Below are positions 52,891-64,000 of a stretch of 64,000 bases of DNA, piece by piece. The stretch spans positions 1,116,001 through 1,180,000 of the forward strand of contig NW_027271233.1 in assembly GCF_040938485.1 (NCBI RefSeq), given 5' to 3'. The DNA is from Diadema antillarum (taxonomy: Eukaryota). A program made the translations under genes and the position numbers. The notes beneath the pieces were generated by a model that saw only the letters and a program-made list of their open reading frames with translations, was not told the DNA's origin and did not search any database. How positions within the stretch are numbered: position 1 is the first letter of the stretch; every line of letters begins with the position of its first letter.

Positions 52891-53111
52891 CCGGTCCTCT
52901 TCCTCCTGAAGGAAAATCAACACGACATGGAAATGTGAAAAATCGAAGAAATGGTATCAAAATAATCATAGTCGCAAGGATGAACTCATGTTTCATAAAA
53001 TGTGACCGTTCATTACAAAACCAACAAAAAGTCGTACAGCCTGCTTTTATATGAGGGCTCAAAATAGTTGAAATAGGTCAGGATAGTCAATCTTGAGTTT
53101 TAATGTTTTCT

Positions 53112-53269
53112 GGGGTCCGTTTCATAAAACATGTTATCAGTGACAACTGCCACATTTCTGTGACAAATTTGCTCTTGTCCAATCAGACGTAAGGATTTCA
53201 GTAGCTTGTCACAACTATAACAACCTGTCACTGACAGTGACTGATGACAAGTTTTATGAAACGGGGCCC
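53112..53269. mobile_element. MITE, same family as 2876-3013
   Basis: GGGGTCCGTTTCATAAAAC ... GTTTTATGAAACGGGGCCC; shared CCAATCAGACG.AAGGATTTCAGTAGC core. Confidence 0.75.
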
Positions 53270-55279
53270 TGAAAGACCAATTCTACATAATATGATATTG
53301 AAATTTGGGATCATAACACGAATGGGAAATTGTGGGGTTGTTTGCAGGTTTTCCAGAACTCTGCCTTTAGCAGAATATCATTAGGTAAGTCGTACAGTCC
53401 CCTTTTTGATTTCTTGAAAACCCTTTCAACAGCTTTCAATTTCAACTCTAGTAACTTTTGAAAGGCTGTTGCTACTGCGTTAAAAGTTGGCATTAGCCAT
53501 GAACAGCATGTGCTCATAGAGTGAGCACAATTTCACCTTAGTCTGACAATCCCTTCATTGTCGTTGTAATGAAGTTATACTTCCTGTTTTTTAGTCCCAT
53601 ACACTGCACACTGCACAGCGTGGTGGCAGATTAAGCACTTGTATAGATCTTAAACTTAACAGCCTCTTTTCTCAGTAAACTCGTCTCCTGCGTACTACGT
53701 ACATTCTTTCTATTTTTAAGATGGGTGAGGAAAGTCCATTTAAAGCTTAGAGTCTGCCTTTTCAGAATCTCTCCTTAGCTTAAAATCCATGTCCGGAGAC
53801 TTTAATTTTTGGTTGTGTGATACAGGGCCATAGATAACATTATCATGCATTGGAACTGAGTGAATGCAGCAATATTAGTTGAACACATTAACGAAATTTG
53901 AGGAAAATTGGACAAGATGAAAATACTCCTGTAATGGGTAACGTCACATATGCACAACGATATAACGAAAATATAAAGAAAATTCAACAAAATTTCATTT
54001 TTAATGGAAATTACACATTCTCTCAACTTGTAACAGACACAATATATTAAGGGTAATATTACTACCATGCCTTCTGAAAGAGGTATGTCAACAGCACATT
54101 CATTATGCTAAAAATGAAAATATGACATTTTCTTGATATTTCTATATATCATCTTCCATACAAAACGTCACAATTATTGTAGTCTTCTCATCCACCTATT
54201 AACTTTTGAAGGGATTGTCGGATTTTCCCCAAACTTTCATCGATGTGTTCTACTGATATTATGCCATTTCACAGATTGGGTTTCATTCTTTTCTATGGAC
54301 ATTTCTTTCAATGCCAATGGTTCGCGTACGCAATACCGATTCTTCTCGCTTCAATAAGTTTCAGTTTCTCGAAGCTACTGAGAACTCTCTTGAACCTGTC
54401 ATGTTTATCGATTTTATTCGTCGGTTCCTTTGTCTGCCACCTGTCAATCACTGTCTCTGCTTTTGTATTTCTCTTTCTGCATGCGTTATTCTCTTCCTCG
54501 GTTTACGTGCTGAATATTGTTTCAAAGAATATCTGAGGTATAACTGGCAAATGTCTATACCAGGACAAAAGGGATCATTGTTTCGACGCATTTTGCGAGG
54601 GAGTATCACGCGTATCTATTTTCGGTTTCAACGCTTTTTCTCCTCTAGAAAATAACAACAACGAAACATGAAAATAAAACACGAAATAAACAAACAAACC
54701 TGCAAATGGAAACCATGATGACAGGAAGGCATTTTGTTGTTTTTGTATGAACTAAAATCTGCGGTGTTTTTCAATTGCCTTTCAAGACTCATTCAACCTG
54801 AAATGACCTCGTTGGACGTACATACATTAATCCATGAAAGGGGCTTCACGTTTCTGCAAGGAACGCGCCGCTGCATGCCACAAAAAAAAAAGAAGTAAAA
54901 GAACTTTTAAACAGTGTTGTGTTTACCAGTTAGACCCCGGAAAATATTGGACAGTCCCATGTAAATCAAGTACATGTACAACTGTAAGTGTGTAATCATG
55001 TACGTGTAAAGTACATCTTATGGTGGACAAGTGAGACGTTAAAAAAGATATCCCGGCAGAAGTAAAGCCTGTATGTTCTTTTGAAAAACTGAAATTATGC
55101 AAGTTTGCGAATTCTTTCATCTATTTTCCCCATTTTTTTTTTGCGGGTGGGGGACTCTATAAAGGGTAGAGATGTTTTGGAGCAGGTATGAATTTGTGTA
55201 CGCTCTATGTTTTGGTTATGCATTCTCCATAAATGAATGCGTTTACACGGTTATGATAGATTGGTCGTGCATGCTTGTA

Positions 55280-55518
55280 CACTCTAAATCCATGGAGTAA
55301 AATTTTGCTAAAGTAAACTCAAGAGTGCTCAATATTGAGCAAGATTGAACATTTAACAGCGGTAAATTCGCCTTTATTGAGCAAACTCGTTCTTTTTACC
55401 CCTCTTTACTCAATATTTACATACTTTCATTTTGCTCTTCTTCGTGAGTAAGGTTTGCTCCATTATCTTACTCAACTCGGAGTAAACTGCATTTTACACT
55501 CTCGCTGTTTACACTGTA
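55280..55518 (+). mobile_element. CACTC-type (EnSpm/CACTA-like) terminus with subterminal GAGTAAA/TTTACTC repeats
   Basis: Begins TACACTCTAAA, carries repeated GGAGTAAA/TTACTC/GAGCAA motifs in both orientations, and lies ~170 nt upstream of the TnpA-like ATG. Confidence 0.55.
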
Positions 55519-55689
55519 CCAGGCGAGCCCAGTCGCGATATTGCTATGTTAGGTGTAAAAAGGACACACGCGGATGACTGGTGGGTCATTTTTACACTTG
55601 CGCGCGCACGTGCGTGCATGCATACCAACTACATATAAAGTAGTAGTCTGTACTGTACTTAACGACGCGACATCGACAGAGCACGAAGC

Positions 55690-58600
55690 ATGGCGGACAG
55701 CGAAGTTGCTTTTTTGCTGCGTCAATGGGGTCTTGTTGACCAAATCCCCAACTTTAAAAGTAAGTATAAATTACCAGTATATTTGTTTCCAATAATGTAG
55801 ATGCTTCAAGTTAGTTGATGGTACCGTTCGGAAGTGGTACCTACGACTAGTTGACCTTGCCTGCGCCGCACAGCAGCTGGCTTTGCACTTCAAGCGTATG
55901 TACTCGGCGGCCGGCGCCGGCCCTCGGCGGCTGGCTCTTCAAAGGCCGGCCGCTTGGCCCATGTTCGACCTAGTCACTGACACAGGTCCAATACTCGGCA
56001 TAATCGTGATAAGCATGTGTGCAAGAACTTGGTACAGTACCGTACTTTAGATTAGGGTTTTTGATAGGCCTAACGTTTACTTGTTAAATGTTAGACAAGG
56101 CTGCACACTGGCACTGGTCCGACGGTCCCTGACCAGTAACTTTTTCAGGAATGGACCAGTAAAAAATGGAAAGACTGGGTACTTACTGGTCCGATGGACA
56201 GGCCGGACCAGTAGAAAAAATGGGTTAGTGTGCAGCCCTGTGTTAGATCTACTTTTGTCAGACTAAGCCTTCATAGGCTATAGTCAAGTATAGAGTAGGA
56301 CAAGTTGATAGAAATCTGTAGTCTATGCTATAGGCCTAGTCTAGATACTACTGTCTACTGACAGTATGGTATTTCTACTGTCTTCTGGTTTGCTTGAAGC
56401 CTTGGCTTGCCTTTGATTTGTGTGAGGTCTGGTGCACGTCAGATTACAACATTTTGTAACAATGTCAAAGAGGTGAAATAATGCAGTAGAGTCTAGGCCT
56501 ACATCATTTTCATATTAGTTCAAAGGCTTCAAACTGTGTCTGTTCTGTGGAATTTGACATTTTGGGAATCTGTCTAGATTTACCTCAAGACACATTTCCA
56601 AAATGTCAAAAATCTGCCGAACAGACACAGTTTGAAACCTTCCAACTAAATACATGTAATGATGTAGACCAAGAATATAACTCTAACTTAGAGTTACAAT
56701 TGTACTAGTAAGTTACATCCTGTAGACCCTATTGTCTAGCTGTCTGCTATCTTTTCCTTCAGACTCAGTAGACTATTGTGCAACAACTTAAGTCTTATCC
56801 AGCTTATAATTTTCAAAGATAATTACCTAATCAGCCTTTACAACAACAACAACAACAAAAAAATGGGTGGCTGTTCAACATGTATACATTCATTTACCAC
56901 TCTTTTTGGAAGAAGTTACTGGAGTTACACTATGGTCATAAACCCTTATCGTTCTTCACTTTCCTCAAATAATATGTTAATACATGATCTGAAATAGATA
57001 TGAACACAGCAAGGTTGAACTTGACATCAACTATGCAGTTTCGTGACTTACATGATTGACATCCTCTTACATACATGTATTACGATCAGTGAGTTAATGA
57101 GCAGTTGATAGCTGTAGGGGTTTACCAACATGTAACTTGAATCCATCCATAAAAGTAAAGGGTATATTGTCAAATATTGTTATTATGTATTACCCCTTTG
57201 ATACACATGTTTGCTTTCTCTCTTTTTTGTTGTTGAGATCTTTAAGTTTTGAGAATCGTGATAGAGGGAGCTTTTCAAAGGATGTTATGTGCTATTAGGA
57301 GACAGGGTTAAAAAAAAAAAAATCTGGTACCAATTAATTTTTTTATGTTTTAAAGTTTAAAAAGTGTGTTTTCTTCAACCAAATATTCATATCTATCCTG
57401 AAATAAATCATGAGAACTTTATTCATTGGAGTTGAAATTATTGCATATTCAGAAATTTATGCAAATTTGGCCAGACCTGTATAAAAATTACAGAGTCAAG
57501 GCACCACTCTTGCCTGTGGATTATGATAAATTGCTAAAATTTACCATGTTTGTGGGCAAAGTATTAAGTGGCTTATTGGTTCAAGGTTCATGTTTCATCT
57601 AAAACAGGGTTTAGTTATTAAAAGATACTGGGTACAGGTGTTCCCTTGCACTATACTACAAGGAGAAAGAATCAATTGTACATCAGTTTACTTGTTTCTC
57701 TATGAAGAGCAATTAGTGAAAATAACCCAAATGGACTTAGTTGAGATATAAACAAAAATAGAAACAAAGAATGTCAAAAGAATTCTGAATTTAGAGATGT
57801 TATGATTAACGATCTCGCACCATTACCATAAATAGTTAGCTTCCTTCTGTCACTGATTCTGAAAAAGCTTTGTCAGCATTTGGGTTTTGATGATGCTATT
57901 CTTGTTACCATGCTTTACCATGAGAATTCTGTGTCAATGACCTTTTAACCTCACAACATAGCACTGTTGCATTTTTAGCTTTGTACACTCTTACCATGCT
58001 TACCCAGTACTTTTAAACCTGGTGTTGTGTCTTTTTAGTTGATAATACATACAGTATTGTGTTAGCATGTTTGAAGTCTCTGAAACACTACTAACCAATT
58101 TCCTATGTCAAGTTCGTGACCATTTCATCTTACAATGTTAATATGTGTATTACAACAATGATTGCCTTGGAGATTGAATTCTTGCAAATATTTACAAATG
58201 TATTTACCAATCTGAGTATCATTACACTCAAACAGCTGTAAATTTGAAACCCATGTGCATTCTCAAACAGCTCTGTAATGCATGCTGAACAATATATCAT
58301 GCACATGTATCATGGTATTTCAGATAAATTTTATGATACATGAGTTACAAGTGTACTTCTTCATACTTTGCATACTCCTATTTTTCAAGGTTTTGCTTGT
58401 AGTTCAAGCTCTGGAACAAAAAATCCATAACTTTGACATTTTTAGTTATAATTCAGTCTAAATATATATCAAAACACATTCAGAAATTTTGACCCTGTCA
58501 GAACAAAAAATTACTCCCTTTACTGTGAAAATAACCATATAAACTCTTATAATTGTGACATTCTTCTTGCTCATTAATATTATTTCATTTCTTTTTTAAA

Positions 58601-61600
58601 GGAGGAGTGGTACTTGAAAGGGAGTACCAAACTTCCAGCAGGTGGTAGGCTGGAAAACCGGCTGAAGTACCTGAGAAGGAAAACAGCAGAGCAAGACAGG
58701 AAGCAAGACAAAGCCAAGGTTGGCAGTCCTAAGGATACCACTTCAAGTTCTTCCAATGAGGATTCAACCTCATCATTGCAGATGAATTATGGTATGTGCT
58801 TACAAATGTAGCCAATTATCTCCAAAGTAAAGTGAAGCAGGCTTGAGAAATACTTGCCCTGTATAAAAAATTTGTTTCTGTGCATCAAGCAGTAAACAAT
58901 TGAGTTAAATGTAGATTTACCTACAACAATCTATTCATTTGCATAATTTTTCCACCTTGGGTCTGTTAGCAAGGCTTGAAAAAAGTGACTTCATTGCATT
59001 TTGGGGTTAAATATAAATTTGTATTGATTGAATGTTAGTACTAACTTTTTAAACCCATTTAAAGAGTAATTTTTGACTGGGTCTAAGGGGAAGTGCAAGT
59101 TATAGAAAAATCAGCGTGACTTGGGTAAAATGTGGCAATATTTCTATATGCACTATAATTATGATATGCCTTGTTCTTATACTTTGTTTACTTTTAGGAG
59201 AATTAGCAGCCCAAGCAATATTGTTAATGATGTCTGATAATGCATACAGCCTAACACAAAAATATTGGGCTATTTCAGAGGTTTATAGGTCAGAGATGGG
59301 TGGGATGGCTATATCCCCCCCTTTTCAGGGTTAAAGCTAGAAAATGCTAGGATGAACATTAAGGCTATGCATTTGTTCTCAGGCTTGATTCAATAATGAT
59401 TGTTATTATGAGTTTCCATAATTTGTATCAGATTTGGCAGACATGAAAGCTACGACCGAATGGTTGAAGAGTCATGACACCCCTCACAAAGACGTTGTGG
59501 CCAAGATGGAGCAGACAGCAGCTTATAGAAGGGACTTTGTACATTCCAACCTGCCGAGAAGTTCAAAGAACAAGCCGTGTGTGACTGAAGTGCTGGCTGA
59601 GTTTCCACACCTTCTTTCTCCTGGAATGGTAGGTGCATGTTACGTCCCCATTGTGAATGGCAGGTGCATGTTATATCCTCATTGTAAGCTGTCACAGGGG
59701 TTTTATTATCATGTCCAATATCTACCAAAATCTAGATGAACAAAATTATTGCAGTCAGTGTTTGCCATATTTGCATGTACACACAAATGCCTGATTTTTG
59801 TTGTTAAATCACAGCGTGCAAAATTAAAAAAAATAAATAAATCTGTACATATTCTATAGATAACATTGTATGAAGTATGTTTTGCCTTCCTACCCATAGA
59901 ATAGTATGAAATATATATATATATATATTTTAATGTAAGAAATCATCTAATATGAAATATACATGTATATTGATATCATCAATGCTTGTCTGAATATCCA
60001 TTTCTGTTTCTCTTCAAAAGCAATTTATTTATTTATTTTTTTTTTGGGGGGGGGATGGGGTATAGATGAGGTTTCTTGTGCATCATCTTTATTATGCATG
60101 TAGCTTCTTACGGTAAGATTTGATGGGGGTTAAAGGTCTCTTGCTGATGTGTGAGTAAGGAGACAATTTGACTGCATGCTGTAGATAAATTTTTTCCCCC
60201 ATGTTAGGAGGGGGGGGGGGGGGGGGGGCTAATTAAGCTCCCCCTCCCCTCTGGAATACATAGGGTTAAGGCACAGTGTGTGTTGGGAACATACACAATG
60301 GACTAAGATGGTGAGAATTCAAGATCTAACAGGCAAATTAACAGACAAAAAACAAAATAACTGCAAAAACATGTTTTGTTGTTGTTGTTTCTTGTTTCTT
60401 TGCAGATTGAGCAGGATTACAACAAGCTATTTGATGGAAAGGGGGACCTTCTCTTCACAAAGTGGCCAGTAGTATCATCTTGCATTCTGGACTATGGGAA
60501 TAGAATTTCTCCAGGGTGGAAGGTGAAATTCGGAGTACAAGAAAGATGTGATGAGGACTTCACTCAAGGTGTGTAATTATTGATAGATACTGTAGACTTA
60601 GGGGACATTTGACAGGCGGGTGACTTTGGACAGTTTAGACAATTTCACTTACATTATTTTGCTGCTTGCAATATACAAGAGAAGTGCAGTAATTCAAATA
60701 TTCACATATCCCCCTTTCATAACCTACAAAAATATTTGCAGAAAAACCAACAGCAAAAAAAAAATGTAAGTAATACAATTCCTGTCCAAAGTCACCCAAC
60801 TGTCCCGTCCCCTAGTTCATGGTAACACATTATATTTGATTTTAAAATGATGTGATATACACTTCATCATCCCTCATAATGTAGATGTAATAGGATTTAT
60901 AGAAGTGTTTTACTCCATTGCATTCTTCCAAATGGTGTATTTAGTAAAAACAGCACCAAGGGTTGTTTGTGCCCTTTCCAATTCATCTGACACCGAGGCA
61001 AGTGCTGGAATCAAGCTACTTCCAGCTACTGCTGCTCGTGGCTTCTATTGTTGCTCATCACATTAACCTTTTTGTAATCTTTGTTGTAGCCCCCACCTAC
61101 ATTTGGGCACCTTCCCCAAATACACAGCACACAGCACACCACCAATTCTTCCATAAAAGAGCAGTGTGCATGTCTTCAAATCTGCATAATAATCTTAAGT
61201 CATCACTGGCCGATCCAGGATTCTTAAAAGGGGATGGGGGGGGGGGGGGGGGAGGCGGGCAAAAATTTTGCCGCATTTTCTTGTGATTACTACAAAAAAT
61301 AGCAGCATAAAAAGGGGGGAGGGGCTGTGGTTGAATTTTTTTTTTTTTTGCGTGTGATGACTAAAAATGTGTTATCAACCAAATAAGGGGTGGCAGTGGC
61401 TTATTCGCCCCCAATCGCCCACTGGTTATAAAATAAGCCCTGAATTTGAAGAGATATAAAGCTGATATGTGAATTGAAAATATGCCAGGATTGATTTATG
61501 GTGTGAAGACATATGTAGCGTAAAATCTTTCATATTCTAATAAAGACTTTTTGTGTACTCCACTAACAGAGGAAAAGGCAAATCTGGCTTTTCTTATGCT

Positions 61601-63798
61601 GTCACATCTGTTCCCGGGCAAGAAGTCATCAAAAGGGGGAAGAGCCTCTTCCCAAGAGTCATTGGAGTGTTTCATCGACTGCCAAAAGGTATGTCAAATG
61701 TTTGTAGCAAAAGCAGTATTAGTGAAGAAAATTGAAAAATTTTGTGTTAGCATGGGTCACATCTCCATACAGCAAGATCAACTCCACGTATCAAGTCAAG
61801 ACATGAACACTTTGATGCTTCATCAAAAAGGAATGTGTATTGAATAAAAAGTTCCAGTAACTGTTATGTGCTACTAAAATGTTTACATCTGTTTGCCTGA
61901 GAGCTTAGTTGTCAAAGTTATATTTCACGTATTACTGATGTCAAGTTTTATGTAATAGGGTCCTGGCATGTGAACTTGAATCGCGCTTATGATGGTAAGA
62001 AATGTAACCATTTGAATTTTACACGTACCAGAACTCGCTGGCCCTAATTTTAAACTATATATAGGATTAACAGGGGAAGGAAAATGCATAGAGTATTAAT
62101 CACAAAGATTTGTGTGATGTGTTGCAGAGTTTTAACCTAAAGCAATATTGACTGAAATCAGTCATTTAAAAATATCACCACGGGAATGAAATGTTTCATA
62201 TCACTATTGATGGTAGTCGTTTCTTGCAGATTTTTATTCTTTGATTGAAACTATTTCTTTCCAGTATAGTGGAGGAAACAGCAAACTTCGTTTTCAGACT
62301 TTGTGAGCCATAAGATAAGATGTACTTTTTATGCCTCTGCCACGAAGTGGTGCTGGAGGCATTATGTTTTCGGGTTGTCCGTCCGTCCGTCCTTCCGTCC
62401 GTCCGTAATGAATTTTGTAGACAGCGTAACTTAAAAACCTCTTGAGGTATCCTAATCAAACTTGGCATGTATGTGTATTAGGGGGTGAAGTTGTGCCTAT
62501 CAACTTTAAGGTGCACATGCTCCAGGTCAAAGGTCAAAAGGTCAAGGTCAAATATGTAAAATTTCTCTATTTCCACCATATCTATGCAATGCCTGAAGAT
62601 ATTTTCTTGAAACTTAGTGTATACATGTATTACCCAATTTAGATTCTCTAGTGAAAGTTTGGGGTCATGAGGTCAAAGGTCAAAAGGTCAAGTAAAAATA
62701 TTAAAACTTCACTTTTTTCTCCGTACCTTGGAAATTGTTCAAGGTATCTTCATGGAACATAGTATATTTACATGTACTGACTGGCAGTGATTATCTAGAG
62801 AATTTAGGGTTCATGGGGTCAAAGGTCACGGGTCAAAGGTCAAAGGCAACACTTCAAAATTTTACTATTTCCCTCATATTTATGCAATGCCAGCAGGATT
62901 ATTTTTTTTTTAAACACTTGGTATATGCAAATATAACCCAATAGAGATTCTCTGGAAAGTTTCTTTTTTTTTTTGCTTTTTTTTTTTTGCCTCAAAGGTC
63001 AAAGATCAAGTGAAAGTGCTGAATTAGCTTTTTCCTCCATATCTCGGAAGTGGCTCGAGTTATCTTGAAACTTACTACATATTTATGCATGTCCTGCCTG
63101 ACAGTGATTATCGTATGAATCTTAGGGTCAAAGGCCAGATGAAAATGGTAACAATTTACTGTTCAATACAGAAATTGCACTTTTTCTCCCTACCTTGAAA
63201 ATTACTTAATGCATAAACTTATGAATGGGTCAAAGTCAAGTTAAAGTCCTTAAATCCCCAAATACATGCTCTCCTATTCATCCAATCAAACCTAGGTTAA
63301 AGGATCGAAGGTGAACATTCAACACATTTGTGACAAACGTCATTTTAATTTTTGCCAATTTTGTGAAAATGTAATCACACATTGTCCACATGTACTATAG
63401 ACCTATTAGGAGAATCATGCATTATGGCGGAGGTATACTAGTCGCCATAGCGACCTTTGTAGTTTAATATTTATCATTTGCAGGAAGGAACCAGTCTCGA
63501 GGCCTACCGAAAAGACCATGGGAGGAACCAGCCTTTCGTCCTGGCTGTAGGGAACAATGTCTGCCAGCCAATCCAGTGCTTCGTCATTCTGGAGAGCCAA
63601 GTGTTTGAGAGAAAGAGCCTCGTATCTGCTGTTGACCTGTGCTATAAGATATTTCAGATCTTTGATCTGGAGTATCCAGCACAGGCTCGAGCCATGTGGG
63701 TGATCTTGGACACTGTGGTGTATGGGGTGGAAGCAGGTGCCCAAGAAACGGGGGCAGTAAAGGCCTTCAGAGCCTACTACCATTTTAATAAGAAGTAG
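55690..63798 (+). CDS. EnSpm/CACTA TnpA-like (SAMD3-like) multi-exon gene; apparently missing internal exon(s)
   Basis: Exon 55690-55759 (MADSEVAFLLRQWGLVDQIPNFK, SAM-like start, donor gtaagt). Then 58602-58791, 59432-59628, 60406-60568, 61570-61688 and 63484-63798, all GT-AG, mutually in phase and stop-free over 984 nt (EEWYLKG..GRLENRLKYLRRK; WLKSH..KMEQTAAYRR..VLAEFPHLL; QPFVLAVG..AVDLCYKIFQIFDLEYP..MWVILD). These motifs resemble, from memory, the second protein of animal EnSpm elements. Exon 1 (phase 1) does not match the 58602 exon (phase 0). Confidence 0.7.
56096..56240. mobile_element. hAT-like MITE (GGACCAGT repeats); relative at ~5816-5966
   Basis: CAAGGCTGCACACT ... AGTGTGCAGCCCTG, flanked by a TGTTAGA duplication. 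Confidence 0.75.
62326..63464 (+). mobile_element. DINE-1/HINE-like (Helentron-associated) element with internal tandem repeats
   Basis: 5' TTTTTATGCCTCTGCC subTIR, (GTCC)n microsatellite, ~150-170-bp AAAGGTCAAAGGTCA-containing monomers, 3' GGCGGAGGTATA subTIR, AGTCGCCATAGCGAC hairpin, ends in TAGTT. Confidence 0.8.
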
Positions 63799-64000
63799 AG
63801 AAAATGTTCAGCTGAAGACTGGTATTAACTTCTTGGTTAGGGGAAGACATATCTGTAAGTTGAAAAAAATATTATATTAATCATGTGTTAGTGGATTCCC
63901 ATACCTTTCCTACCCACTGTATCATCTGGAGTTCAGTTAGCGTGAGCTGGATGGTCTTTCTGCTTGTAATTCTCTTGTGATAGATTCCCCCAGAATGGCA

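Noticed and set aside
57452-57477. 26-nt phase 1->0 candidate exon that would rescue the TnpA-like reading frame
   Set aside because: Weak donor (CT|gtataa), peptide (KIYANLARP) not SAM-like, and it lies in repeat-like sequence.

Overview
AT-rich, intron- and repeat-rich animal genomic DNA. The repeat and microsatellite style suggests a marine invertebrate such as an echinoderm, but that is an inference. There are no prokaryotic features. Manual splice-site reconstruction gives four spliced genes: (1) the 3' part of an SNX19-like sorting nexin (+, 3905-11850, 6 exons; 5' exons not found in the window); (2) a complete 9-exon secreted protein (-, 36701-24476, 437 aa: signal peptide, Cys-rich module, EGF, two duplicated Ser/Thr mucin exons, atypical C-type-lectin-like domain), invisible as a single ORF; (3) a ~594-aa disordered protein with a PPxY motif and a C-terminal pair of hydrophobic helices (-, 52890-48056); (4) an EnSpm/CACTA TnpA-like (SAMD3-like) multi-exon gene (+, 55690-63798) next to a CACTC-type terminus, with five perfectly phased 3' exons but a first exon out of phase. 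The rest is a decayed Penelope-like retroelement, L1/Tx1 and L2 fragments, a tRNA-derived SINE, a mariner remnant, many MITE/foldback families, a DINE-1/HINE-like element, a local inverted duplication, a degenerate hammerhead-like motif and four ~150-nt N runs. I found no unambiguous new multi-gene system; the best leads are genes 2-4 and the inverted-repeat architecture inside the SNX19 introns. All protein-family calls come from motif recognition by eye, not from database searches.
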